A stretch of 61,949 nucleotides of DNA, the filler included, from Choristocarpus tenellus KU-1152 (Eukaryota > Protista > Phaeophyceae), in assembly GCA_964200185.2 (NCBI GenBank). It is 11 parts of 11 records of this genome, joined end to end, with 100 filler letters (N's around TTAATTAATTAA, not from the genome) between each part and the next. Parts side by side here need not be neighbours in the genome. Positions count along the whole stretch, not along the records: positions 33,537 to 44,910 come from CAXNAD020002360.1; positions 45,011 to 51,544 come from CAXNAD020007920.1; positions 51,645 to 54,717 come from CAXNAD020022517.1; 8 more parts are not named here. The stretch is one strand, 5' to 3'. Shown here one piece after another: positions 38,991 to 52,508 of this stretch. A program made the position numbers and the translations under genes. The notes beneath the pieces are model-generated. The model saw only the letters and a program-made list of their open reading frames with translations, did not search any database and was not told the DNA's origin. Position 1 is the stretch's first letter. Every line of letters begins with the position of its first letter.

Positions 38991-41900
38991 GCAGGTAGAG
39001 TACAATCTTCCTTGTAAGGCATCACTTGTGAACACCACACACACAACTCAAAAACATGAACGACAATTAACTCATCATCAACTCATCATCAACTCATCAT
39101 CAACAAACAAGCATAATACAACTGAACAGGAACAAGCTCATAAATGAATCTGTTGTAGATTGTCAATAATAACGGTGCTGCAGCCTCCATTTGTGCCATC
39201 TCCCCTCCAGGGCTGATCCTTGGTCCCCTTCGGATGGAAAGCTATGCATCAGTGGTTTGCACAATGTGAATGCCATTGCTGTCCTTGCTGTCAGTCTTTA
39301 GCACTTTGCCACGCTCTGAATTGATCCACCTTGAGGATGATGGGACATTAACAGCAAAAAAGGAGTTCAGAATGAGGAGGCGGGAATGAGACGGAATTTT
39401 CCATAAGGGGGAATGGGGGATGATGTTGGTGGAGAGGATATATATACTCCAGAGAATATATTTTATGCAATGTGTGTATTAGAGTATTTTATATAGTATT
39501 AACTTGTGAGCATGTGTTTAATATCTTGTTAAAATATGCATGTATTGACTCATGTAGATTATCAATAGTCCTGCATCTCTTCCTGTCCTCGCATTTCTTG
39601 GTTGATACTCCATCTTCCTAATATTTGTGTACCTTGCAGGGATGATGAACTCATTTTTTGCCTTTCTTCCTGTGAAGACAGATGTATCCGGTTTGGCGTA
39701 CGGAAGTGCAAAAATGACGCTTGTGTCCTTGGGAATGACCCTCCTGTTGAGCATGGCTTACGCCTCCAGAGGGCCGAGTGATATTATTATGTACAAGGGA
39801 GACTTTATATGTTCAACATTTCCTCTACCACACACAACATTACAGTATTACCATCAGTGGGTTAGGCTTACAACTGTTCGTTGTACAATTTCGATGGGAA
39901 AACCTTTCACGTATCTCTGATCTTGTTTTTTGCTCTTTTGGGGGGAGGGTACCGGCTACGTGATATGGATGGGAAGTAGAGTAATGTAGAGAGGGTATGA
40001 TTTTCACTATTACTAATATATATTGTTATACCCTCTGACATTTTGCAAATCTTTCACGGGAAAAACCAATCAATAATGAAAAACCATTCAAATGTCAGAA
40101 CAACCCCTACTAAAATAATTAATTGTGTTTTAGTTTGAAGATATTTCTCCTTTGGTTTTGTTACGGGATGCTTGGGTGTATGGTTGGGTATATCTATAAC
40201 CTCCCCGTAATTTGAATCTAACGCCCAGAGTCCGAATCTTGGCATGATCTTTTGTACAGTTGTCCTCATGGTTCAGTTGGCAGTGGTTAGGGAGGCTGTT
40301 CCCTGTACAGATCATTTCACAAGTTTACGTAAGAGGTAAAAAAATGATGTACGGGTGTGATAGATGTGCTTACAATAAAAGTGCAACTAGAAGAGATGTT
40401 TAACCTTTAGCCCCCATTACGCCCTCCATTCACTCAGAAAAAGAAACAGCAGCAAATCGAAAAAAAATTGCAATATAAAGGAGAGTGGAAAATTGAGTGA
40501 AACACAATATTCACAAAGAGGACAGTGACAGGTAGGTGACAGACAACAGCACCATCATATGTCCTCAACAAAATCTCTATGGCCATGCTATTTCATCTTG
40601 AATACTGTCGCCATGCAGTTTGTACTATACTAGTGTCGTATTACACTGGTATATTCCTCTGCCTGTAGAAATTTTACACAAGTTTGAAAAACCTAGACCA
40701 AAACTATAATATGATAAGAACTATATTACTACTATTATTATAGATGATACAATAGTTGTCAATCCTAAGATATCTTCCATAAGATGCGTACTATTTGAAG
40801 AGTAATAATGCAAATCTCCTGCGTGCACACTGCTGATATGCTTCTATCCTAGGTCTACGACGGTGGGTGAGGAGTTATAACGAGGTATCCCAAGAATCTG
40901 TCAGGCCCCTTTTGCCCACCCGCCCAGTGTCTCTAGCTTGAAATGAATGGCGACGTGTCTTGAGAGAGTCAGTACTTGTTGTGCAGCGACGGGCACTGCC
41001 TGTCTCAATTGAGTTTTTAATACCCCCTTCCCTGTATTATAATACACCCCAGCCCCTCTCCCCCGTACTCCATTGGTGGCCACCTAACAACTCACTCAGG
41101 AAACTCTGCTTGCCTACCAAGCTGCCCCATAACTTTTCGCCTAAGTAAGGTTGAGTGAGATTAAACTACGAGGGTCAAAAGACCCCTCCTTGTAGTGGGT
41201 GCGTTTTTTTGCCTTGGTTACAGCAGGAGCTACACCACAATTTATTTTTGGTGGTAGCCTGCTTGGACCTTTGCAAAGGCCACATCCAGAAGTAGGCCTT
41301 CGCCAAGGTGTAGCATTCCAGAAAGTGATCTGTTTGATGTTCTTTCCTTGAGATATACATCTAGATTATGGTTGTTTCGAAAGGTCAAACAGGATCCAAA
41401 CGATGCGGTAATAGCCAGACTCGCATCATCATCATGGTAACAATATGCATGATACAGTATTCTGGAACCATTTATTATGATTTATTTTTGGGGTAGCATT
41501 AGGGTTAGGGTATACGTGTGTGATGACACATTCAATTAGCGCTCTGAAAGTCGCTCTGAGGGCCTTCACTCTGACAGGGTAGGGGATGACGTGATGAACT
41601 GACGCACACCTACTTGTTTGTTGGTTTGCGTCTTCGTTGGCGGTACGTTTGAAACTTGAAAACAAAGAAAAATCTCTTTCACCCAATCAGGACAGTCGAA
41701 AAAAAATGACTCAATATCTATCACATCGCCACAACACCTCTACCTTCACACCCTTTCTTACATATTTTTTGGCCGCCACTCTCACCACAACATTGGTATT
41801 GGCATACTATCAAGTTGAATTCAAGGCAACTACCTCACAACTTCAGATAACAGGTGGGGGAGGCTTTTGATGGTAAAGGATTAGCGTGAAACTATGATTA

Positions 41901-42354
41901 GTATGTTAAAAGGTTGATAGATTTGTCCTCGTCAGATCTCGTGTGTCAGTAACAAGGCTGGACAGTGTAGTTGACATTTGTTGTCACCAACAAGTCCGCC
42001 ATTCATTCCGAGAGAGGGAATCTAGATGGTCGAGCCGTCAGGACTAGGGGAAAAGGGGTCTTTGGTTTGTAGGAAGTATGGTCTATTGCGACTTAATTCA
42101 AAGTGCCTTGAGTGGTTGACATGTGTGAGGTTAGTTCAGGTGCCGAGTTTCGTATGTCAGTCGTTTATACCCCCCTTTCCCCCTTCTAACGTTGCGTTCG
42201 ACAATGTCTTTCTACTCTTTGATTTTAAGTATGGTGAGTGATTGTTGTAAGAATTTCCTGCCTCGTTGAAGGAGTCCACCGCTGTGACACTTTAGCCTAT
42301 CTCGTGACCACCATTCACTAATCTCGATAATCTTGTCAGTAGCCGAAGACCAAG

Positions 42355-44522
42355 ATGAACGGAAGCACTAGTGGCGAGAGCTCATCGGGCTCCCTCACCG
42401 GAACCTTTCGGGTGAAGGCTGGCCTGGCGCAGATGCTTAAGGGAGGTGTTATCATGGGTGAGTGTCTCCTGTCTGTTGATTGTATCGGTTATCATGATGT
42501 CTAGAACTCTTTCTCAGAATACCCAGTCACATCATTCCTGAGACTATGGCATGGTAACTGCTATGATAGCGATCAGGTATTTTGTTCTTTCTGAAAATAT
42601 CAACCAGGATTCATTTTGGTCACAGCCCTGACGACTTCACCTCTCAATCGAAAATGTCGATATGTTAAAGCGAAAACAGGGCTGTGCAATAATCTATCAT
42701 ATCTCGTAATTCGAGTTGACCTTTCTGTGCCAATAAAGCTGTTAACTCCTCCATCCATGTCATGTAGACGTCGATAGAGCCTTGAGGGGTGTTAGGTCCT
42801 CATGTCCTAGCTCATCAAATCCTCGCCTTACCAATGGAGCAGATGTGATAGACGTAGAGCAAGCACGTGTGGCTGAAGAAGCGGGGGCTGTCGCAGTGAT
42901 GGCATTGGAAAGGATTCCAGCTGACATTCGTGCCGACGGGGGTGTGGCACGCATGTCGGACCCTAAAATGATACGGGAGATCAAGGCTGCCGTCTCCATT
43001 CCTGTTATGGCAAAGGCAAGTACAATTGTGCATTACCTATAATTTTGAAAATGCGATCGTTTTTGTTTTCTCAACTGCTTATCTCTCTCTCTTCCCTCTG
43101 TTAAAGAGCATGCCAATTGCTAGGAAACAACGGAAAAACACTTGCTCCGGTCCACGAGATGACCAAAGGATCTTGCGTAGCAGAGTAGATAGATCTGCCC
43201 CCACCCCCTACTTCCCATTATGTGGTCCACATCAAACACATAAACAAATGTGTTGTTTGCTGATGCACTGAACCCCTTGGGTTATGACTCTGATCTGTGT
43301 AGTGTGATATTTTTTTTGTCCTGGAGAGCTTAAAGTACGCAGATGTGTGTGGAATGTTCCACATAACAAGCCCTCTCAATTTTTCTGGTTTGAGAAACTT
43401 CAGAGCAGTTGACTCTCTCTCAAGGATCGAGATTAGCATCCTAGCCAGGAAAATAATAATATAATAATAACCAATGCCAATAGCCTCTGTTCTATGATGT
43501 TTCGCATTCCCTGCCACCCAACAACTCGATATGCTTCCTGTTTCATTTTTAATCCCTCCCGACCCTTGGCCCTCCTTGAAACGTAAGGTAACGTAACACC
43601 CTGAAAAAATATTTTTTTTAACCCTTCTTTTTTTTGTTTTTTTTGTCTCTCACTGACTCTTTTTTTTTTCAGTTGACTTCTACACATGCACCGTAGTTTC
43701 AGCTTCTTTGTAGATGGTCCGAGACGCCCCATCTCCCTTCCCATGGATGGAAAAAAACAATTTAAAAACGATTCTTACGGCCGTGCTCTGCCATGTTTTT
43801 TTTATTATTATTTTGGTTGTGCCCGGAACAGGCCCGCATTGGCCATTTTGTGGAGGCGCAGATCCTGGAGGCTATCGAGGTGGATTACATTGATGAGTCG
43901 GAGGTGCTCACCATGGCCGATGAGGACAACCACATCAATAAGAGGAAGTTCAAAGTGCCCTTCGTCTGCGGGTGCCGCAACCTTGGGGAGGCATTGGTGA
44001 GATGCTTGTGTGTGTGTGTGTGTGTATTGATGGATAGAAAAAGATACGACAACAGTGTAGTTATTCAAGAAAGTGAGGGGAGTGGGAGTTTGCACTCACA
44101 CTTCTTTTACTCCCCGATATTAGACACTAATCCTCAACAGTTACGTACAAAGTAACTAAATATAATCTTACAGCATTTAACTTCCCTAGTAACATCGTGT
44201 TCGGTTTTTTGCTCAGCCGAACTGTACCATGCGAAGTAGTTCCGCCACATTCCGGTTCTCCCCCCCCCCCTATTTTTTTTGTTATTTGTTATTTGTTAAA
44301 GTATCTATCGCCTTCCAAGTCTCTTTCTCAGTAGCTCGAACCCGAACCACCTATTACCTTCTGCAGACCTCGTCCCTTACTCTTGACTCTCTTGTGTTTG
44401 TATTATCCCAGAGGCGTGTTGCGGAGGGCGCTGCAATGCTCCGTACCAAGGGTGAGGCTGGTACAGGCAATGTGGTGGAGGCAGTCCGTCATGCTCGTGC
44501 AGTCCAGAAGGAGATTCGCATG
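42355..44522 (+). CDS. PDX1: Pyridoxal 5'-phosphate synthase subunit PDX1 (SNZ/PdxS), first four coding exons, 3'-partial
   Basis: Exons 42355-42457 ([20 protein letters not shown]), 42843-43015 ([32 protein letters not shown]), 43832-43996 ([37 protein letters not shown]) and 44412-44522 ([27 protein letters not shown]). Intron 2 is GC-AG. Confidence 0.97.
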
Positions 44523-45376
44523 GTGAGTTGTAGTTGAGTTGGAGTGTTTGTGTTTTGTCGTTCTGACTTGTTGTGTTGTTTGTTTGTTGTGAATGACCCA
44601 CTGCGGTCGGTCCCCCCTTTGGAGAAGTTGATTTTATGTTGGTGCCGTTTTTTGTTCCGTAGGATGGATTGATAAGTGTTGATGTTTTCTTTTTTTTATT
44701 TCCTGGTGCGATCAGTAGGTAGGTCTTGTGGCGTGTGTACATACATTGTATGTGTTCGGGGCGAGTTGGAATAGAGTAGTGTTGGGAGGGATCTGGACGG
44801 TGTGGAGGCTTTGTTTTTATTTCAACTTATTGTTTGAGCTATATTCCCCCCCCCCCCCCCCCCCCCCTCTTCCCCCTGCTCGTGCCCTGGGGTTCCGCGC
44901 TGTTTTTTTTNNNNNNNNNNNNNNNNNNNNNNNNNNNNNNNNNNNNNNNNNNNNTTAATTAATTAANNNNNNNNNNNNNNNNNNNNNNNNNNNNNNNNNN
45001 NNNNNNNNNNGGATGTACAACACACCCCCTCTTTGGCATGTGCGTCACCAACAACAGTTCCAACGTAGATAGTAGGGGTGGCAAATAAGGACCCTTGACT
45101 AGGCTGTATAGAAAGACCCTACAGTTGATGAACAACTTGTTACTTAACTTTTACTTGAAATGAAATGCTTGAAGCGAGAAATCTTTCAGATCTCAACCGT
45201 GCACTTGAACAAAGGTGAGTTTCTCACTTGAAAACATACGAAAGCATGAAACTCAACTCCACATGAATCAAAGGTATCAATCACCCTGGACGACAAGATT
45301 CGAGCAGACAGCGATTGGGAAACATGGTATTGATAGCTGCAGGCATAGCAACAAGGATCAATGTCTAGTTCCTCAC

Positions 45377-46875
45377 CAAGAACCTCACACCGATTCACCA
45401 GCGTGAGAGCATGTTGCCACTCCCCAGCTGCAGTGCACGCACATGCCGCTGAAGTAAAGGCTACCAAGTTTGGTGGGTAGCCGGAGGCCAGCATCTCCTC
45501 AAGCAGCTCCACTGCACGTATCCAGCTCCCAATATTGTCCCCTTCCATCCCCTGGGTAATGACGCCAGCTACATCATTGTGATCTTTTCTGTCATTGGGG
45601 ACAACGGTCTTTGCATGTGCTGTGATCATCGCAGCGTATGTGTATTCTGTAGGCACCGTTCCATACACTAACATCTCAGCAAAAAGGGTTTCAGAAAGGT
45701 CCACCTGCCCAGCTTTGGCCAGTGCTGTCAGGGCTGCATTGTGGCACACAGCATCAACTTCAAGATCAGATGCCCACATTTCTTCCAGTAGGAGAACAGC
45801 CCGATTCCACTCCCCCGCTTCACCACAAGCACCAATGGCAGCACTGTAGACATGGCCATTGGGCTCAAGGCCATTGTCTCGCATCTCCGAAAGGAGAGCC
45901 ACAGCCGGGATCCATTGCCCAGCCTCCTTGCATGCTGTAGCCGCAGCACTGTAGGTGTAAGCATTTGGCTCAACCCCATCCTTCTTCATCTGCGAGAGCA
46001 AGCTCAGGGCAACTTCCCACTGCCCTGCACGGGCACAGGCAGACACCGCTGAGGTGAAGATGATTGCATTGGGGTGCAACCCTGCGGCCCTAAAATCGTC
46101 CAGGAGCCTCAAAGCGAGCTCCCATTTTCCCCCCTTGCCACAGGCTTCAATAGTGGCCCCAAAAACGAAGTCATTGGGTTCAATGCCCTCACCCTTCATA
46201 TCATCCACAAGAGAGAGCACCTCTCGCCACCGACCCCTCTTCGCCATGGCGCTGAAACAGGGCAAAGGAGGAGGGAGGGTCTGTCATTTATCATGGCAAG
46301 AAGCCCAAACATCAGTTTCATGCCGCAGCAAGTGTTGACAGGTATCAAATCATCCCGTACCTCGTCGCACATCCGTAGATGATCACGTTCATCTTGAGTC
46401 CGTGCGATTTCGCCGAACGCATAGCGTTCAAAACTCCTCGCCAATTCCCTTTCTGGCTCAAAACTTGCATCTTTTTCAGTAACTTCTTCTTCGCGGGTAT
46501 CGTAGATGCGGGGTTTATCCCTTCCGACACTGCACTTGGCGTCCATCTATATCGCCGAGGCTCGAAGCTTGCTCGTGCCTGGCCCAATAGTACTGAATTC
46601 TCCGACGTGACTCCACTTGGCGTAGTCTGGGATGGTGGTGGCCGTAGTCCTTCCTCGGACCGTCGACGCTTGAGGTTTGCATGTACCCTGTCTGGATTCG
46701 CCAAAGATACTTCATTTAAGTCAGATTGAGATGACACTGATTGTAGTCGCCCTGAATCACTTGTCTTTCCTCTCGATGGATGAGGGGCACATGAGTGAAC
46801 GTGCCACATGCGATTGAGGACATTAGGGGCATGTCGCTTGATTCGGTGTCTTACAAACGACGTACCCCACCACAT
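45377..46875 (-). CDS. Pentatricopeptide repeat (P-type PPR) protein, partial
   Basis: Exons ~46875-46361 and 46251-45377 joined by GT-AG intron 46360-46252 (NVIIYGCAT/SAMAKRGRW). Tandem 35-aa units such as PNAIIFTSAVSACARAGQWEVALSLLSQMKKDGVE, about 8-9 repeats. Probable donor at 45376; start uncertain. Confidence 0.92.
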
Positions 46876-47831
46876 ACTGAAGCCTTACTTCTTCTCCCAG
46901 AGTAGGAATACCGTGGTTCAAGTAACTAAATGTAAAAAAATTCACTGTCTTCCTGCGCAGAATAAACTATTCCCTCCTCTGGCAAGCAAGATCGGTCCTC
47001 ATGGGTGCTTGAGAAGGATGGTAGGTAAGAGTGACAAAAGCACCACCATTACAATGGATGGATAAAACCAGGTATATAACAAACCACTTTAGGTCAAAAA
47101 CAGGTACAGTTTCAGCAAGGTGGACAAAAACGATGTAGGACTTTTCCTCGCCCTACCCCTAAGAAAATCGTACCTGTGTCATACCCATTCTCGCCCCCAT
47201 TTGTCATGTACAACACCCCATATCTACTCTCCGTTCCTCACTCGTTTTTCCCCACTTCTTGCCGAAAATTCTACCTGTTTTTGCCTGTTGTTCGGCACTC
47301 TGATCGAACGAACACAACAAAAAATCCTTCTCACACGCTCTACACACCACACACATTCCACTTATTCCGTCCTTCACCCCCAAGTCCAGAATCCTCATGA
47401 CCAGGCAACAGCTAGATCTCTATCTACTATGAAGTTTGTCTTTCTAGAGGGAATACCTACTTCGAGAATTTCTGTTTCTTTTTTTCGCTCCACATTATGA
47501 ATCAAAGGTGAGAGGTGAGGGGCGAGGGGTGAGGGGTGAGGGGTAACATGACACTGTTTTACACCCCTCACCACGCCAGCAGTACGTAACGGGGTCGTGT
47601 CAGGGACCAGTCGACGTGTAACCTTTCTTAACGGAACCAGTCCGGGACCATCAGAGAGTACAACAGGAACCGGATGCGGATCACAACGTGTGAAATACTA
47701 CCTGGTTAGTGGGGCTGACTGGACAAGAGTCATTAAGTAAGGTTGTTAGCCGGACCGGCCTTGAACCTGTGTAACCAAAACGTATGCTTTACAGGACCAG
47801 ACCAGTACCGTCGAAGAGTAGCCAGACTAGG

Positions 47832-48180
47832 CCTTGACCTACCCCTGTTTCCAATTTGTCACGTGCTCCGTGAGTAGGACTTGGAAAGACTTCTAACATT
47901 CATTTGAATGTGATCTTTGTGGACATAGTATCTGGAAAATATCAAATAACTAAGTAACCAGCAGCTCTACTATTTATGTTTTGAAATATGAAGGTCAAGG
48001 TAGTCTGACATCTTCGAACGGGTTATCTTCAGGTGGAAATTTTTTGGTAGTCCTTCAAATACTGAAAGATTAAAAAAATCATTGGAATCACATTTGAAAC
48101 GAACACACGCGTCTTTTTAAACACGTAGTACTCATGACAGCATGCGCAAAATAGCCAAGCACCAGGTAAATGTAAAAGGC
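47832..48180. mobile_element. Degenerate fold-back (long-TIR) element
   Basis: Colinear inverted blocks: TGCTCCGTGAGTA/TACTCATGACAGCA, TTTGAATGTGAT/ATCACATTTGAAA, AGTATCTGGA/TTCAAATACT, TAACC/GGTTA. Confidence 0.5.
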
Positions 48181-48608
48181 GAAGGGTATGCGCGATACTT
48201 TATTCTGAACTCTGCATGCGATTTCATTCTCAACTCTGGATGGATATTGATTGTCACTTTGAGGTGAGTCATGTCGTTGTCTTCCCTAACGACATTTCAA
48301 AATGTCAGAGAGAGCATGTCTCTACAGCACAGTGTATTAAAGAATACATTTTTACTGAAGTACAATTTAATAATGATGGGTTCACGACTTTTCAGTATGT
48401 CACTGTGCTATGGATAACGCTGTACACTGTTATTGCTACTGAGTTGATATATTTTCTGTCATACATAATAATGATAAAACAATTGTTTGGCCAGCTGCCG
48501 CTCTTCTGGAAGGCAGCCGCGGTTGCCCATGCTTTATCCTGCTTGCATCTAAGTGCCTCCATTTCCTCGTAGTACTAAGTCAGGAAAGAAAAAATAGTCC
48601 TAACTCAC

Positions 48609-50054
48609 CCAGGTGGCATTAAACAAGATATAACCTGTGTATCTGCTAACATATGACCTCATCAGTATGAGCACCAGGCTCATTGATTTGCCAACATGAA
48701 ACATGTCGTACATAGTAGCAAATACCATCTGACCCTTAAGTTGGTCTCAATATCCTCTCACATGAAAACGGTGCTGCCTTTGCAGTCCCAAACACAAGCA
48801 CCAAAAAGTAGCCAATCGAAGTAGTAAGTCGCCCAAAAATACACTACCACATTACTATTCGTAGTATATGTAACTCTTTGGTGTATCACTAGGTTGCAGC
48901 GAGCACTCATCATTTGTGGCACTTGTATCGAAATGCTTAGTAAGAACACTGCAAGAAAAATAGTTTTCCGTGAGCACACCACATGCTGAAGCAATACAGA
49001 ACGCAGAATCAAGTTGCATATTCAATAGCTGTGGTTCTCGATATCTAACCAAAAGAAGCCATCCACACCCAAGTAACACAACCAGTTTATTTCTACTGCA
49101 AACCGCTATGGAGGATATGTGGCAGCATCGGGTTACTTGGTCCTGGACAGTTGAGGAGCTTCAATCACCCAACTTGGAGTGGACAAAACAAACCAACAGC
49201 AGTAGAATCTTGCGGCACGTGCATCACTAAGTGTCATCACTAAGTGCAGTGCATTCTGAATTGAGGCAAGGATAGACTAAATATGTGTCTTGATTGAGAG
49301 CCGATGTTGTGAACAGCAGCATTCCGCACCATGTGCTATTGGTGATGGTAACACAACTTCAATGATGCTGGTACTGATGTACGAATATGCACCCACAGCA
49401 AGATCTCAACACTAACCCTAGCATAGGTACATTGTAACTACTATACTGCATCTCAAAATTGAGCAAGTATAGCACTCACAAGGCTGGTAAGACTGCATAT
49501 GAAGTACTGTACACAGAGTAGTTCTGTACTTCCAAGAATGGTGAAAGCGACTTCATTCTCTGCACACTCCAAGTCGAAAATTGTTCAGTACCCACACTGT
49601 CCTTTACACGAGATCACAGAACGACATCTACATTCAGTTTACCGCCTATTTGTTCTCCAATTTAGCTCCAACTCAAGGATCGCAAGAATACAAAAAGTGA
49701 TACACTACTGTACTATAATATAAAATAGTGCCTGGTACATACTTTCGAAAAATAAACAAATCTCTGCCATTGTGTTACAGGTAGGGTCATCCTCTTTTGT
49801 TTCCCTTCCTCCACATGATAGTGCTCTCACAGACTTCCTCCTACTCTATCCAAGCACTTCCCCTTCCCCAACCAGTGCTCTCCCCTAGGCTCCTACTGCC
49901 CTCGGGGTGGTGTGGCCTTTCTATTCAAGGTCTTTGCCTTACGGTCAACAAATCGGGGTATTCCTGTCCGTTGCAATTGATGGGAGACCATCATTGAGAA
50001 CACCTCCCGAAGGTGTAGGGCTGTTTTCAGGCCTTCTGGAGTCGGCTCCAGTAC
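48609..50054 (-). CDS. Exon-like fragments of an unidentified gene or pseudogene
   Basis: Exon 50054-49943 (pyrimidine tract plus CAG, GTAAG donor) and micro-exon 48634-48609 splice in phase: VLEPTPEGLKTALHLREVFSMMVSHQLQRTGIPRFVD/RYILFNATW. Confidence 0.35.
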
Positions 50055-51481
50055 CTGACAAGTACAGGGGGTAAGGGTAGAGAGCAAGATACAGACATGG
50101 TAAAAAGGTCGTGAAGAGAGCGGGTGGGGTGGGGGTGAGAGGGTACTTTATCTGGCTGTCTCATTCAACAGCTCAATACAGAGGTTTGAAAATGCCTGCA
50201 ATACCTTGCCGCTTCCATGGCAATAAAGCAGGAGGTATATCTGATGGACTAGAGGTCTACGGGCCTTGTAAATAAGCCACTCATCATCAATTTCTTGACT
50301 TTTTTTCTTGGGGGCAAGCTAAGATGCCAGTTCTCCACCCCCTCACAGTCAACTGTCCAGGGATGTAAAAGATTCCAAGAAAATGAAATTGAGTGTATCA
50401 AGGAGGCGACAGTCTTGCTCATTGAGAAATAACAAACACAACACATAGAAAGAAGGCCAGTTGTAGTAGTACCGTGAGGTGTGTTGAAGTTTTAGAAGCA
50501 GGCATTCCACAAAGTGGATATCCCACCACCAACAGCCACATGCATGTTCAAGCGCACTGTCTAATGTGCAGTAGGCAGAGGCTCGTCCGAAACCCCCTGC
50601 AAAATGTGCTCACCTTAAGGTAAACAAATACATCATAGGGCAAGTTCAAGGCAGCACATTGAAGTACCCCTGAGGCTACAGAAGTTTAACAAATTCTCAC
50701 CATAAGAACATAATTCTGTGCAGCCTAAAGTAGACACCTACGTTCAAATATATTGATGCCAATGGTTTTGATTGATACCCATGGGCATGCCAATAATGAT
50801 ACTGGACGGCCGTTTGGATTCTGCTGAGGACAGACACAACCTGGGTTTAGAATGAATTCCAAGGTTTTCTATCACAACCATCAAATAACAAAAGGCAAGT
50901 CCAGTCCACTGGACTCAAGCCACTACCTTTATTAGGGCATGACAATATTTTTTAGGGTTAGGGTTAGAAAATCATAGTGCACCATGGTGGTGCTGTTGGG
51001 CATTGAACAAGAGCACAACCTATCAGAGAACATGTGCTTGACTGTCTTCGAACATGGGTACTAATGATAGCTTCATCCCAAAGGTGCTGTACTCGACACA
51101 GGATTTGAATCATTAGATGCGGACGGGGGCATCCTCACTCATCACACAACCTTGTGAGGGTGACCTCCACCTTGCACGAAGAACCGTTCATGAGAATCGT
51201 TCATGGCACTTTTTCTACGACATTACAATGCACTAGTGACTCGAAACGTAAAACAAAAAGGAAAATAAATGGGATAATAACAATTATTTTGGTCAACCAA
51301 ATCGACATAGATGCACACAACAAACAACAAGTCCCAGACACGCCAAGTGTCTCCTCACCTCCAGCACATAGGCAACACTCTCCAGAGTAGACAGGCACTC
51401 CCTACGGGGCTCTCGCCGGAAGCTATAGCCACTACTACCAGCGTCTGCAAATGCCACCACACGACACAGACCAGCCTTCCC

Positions 51482-51538
<57 letters not shown>

Positions 51539-52508
51539 CGCTCTNNNNNNNNNNNNNNNNNNNNNNNNNNNNNNNNNNNNNNNNNNNNTTAATTAATTAA
51601 NNNNNNNNNNNNNNNNNNNNNNNNNNNNNNNNNNNNNNNNNNNNCACCCCACCTCCTTCATCGCCCCAATCACCACCACCATCACCTACCCCCACTACCA
51701 CACACACCCCCACAGTAAATCTAGGCCACCTACCGCCAGATCCACGTCTACCTTGGGGGGTTCATACTCCAAGTGTAGCATCTGCCCTTGACCAAGTCCA
51801 CATGGAGACCCTAGAGCGGGTAAACATCACCACGGTTAAGGTCTCGAGCAGGTTCCACACCGCCCATGCAATCACCCTCATGCACACAGTGGATCTCCTG
51901 ATATATGAGGTAACTGCCCTTAAGGCTGTAGGGGGGGACACCAACAATAGGGGTCAACATAGAGTCCAAGCTTTTCCACGTGATCTCTGACCTCTTACTG
52001 GCAAATGGTGGAAAGTTCTCGAGGGAGGAAAGGTTTGCCCGGGTGGAATCTGGGAACGTCCAAGAGTTGGTAGCATGGATACTAGAACGATCCCAGAGGA
52101 CCAGCAGACGTAGGGAGGCCCTGGAGAGGAAGCCAAATCCCGCCAGGAACGTGCTGCAGCTCTGGTTCAACATAATGGAAGAATCTCCAAGGGGGCGAGC
52201 GTTCTTTTAGCACAATCCAGAGCCCTGGGGATTGAGGAGACGTTCAGCATGGTGGTCCCCAAGTACCCAAGTGAGAACCAGGATGAACTTAGGCAGACCA
52301 TCACAGACGCAAAAGACAGGAATTCAAGATCTGGGGAACAAAGGTACTGCCCCCCACTTCCCTTTAAAGGGCCTTCACGAGGGCGAACAGCAACTCTGCA
52401 CCAGGCCCCGATGAGATGCGCCCTAGCCACATTAGATCAGCCATCACGACAGATGTTGGTCACGAAGAAGTGGCAGAGGCGTTTGCAAAGCTCTGGGAAC
52501 TAGCCTAC

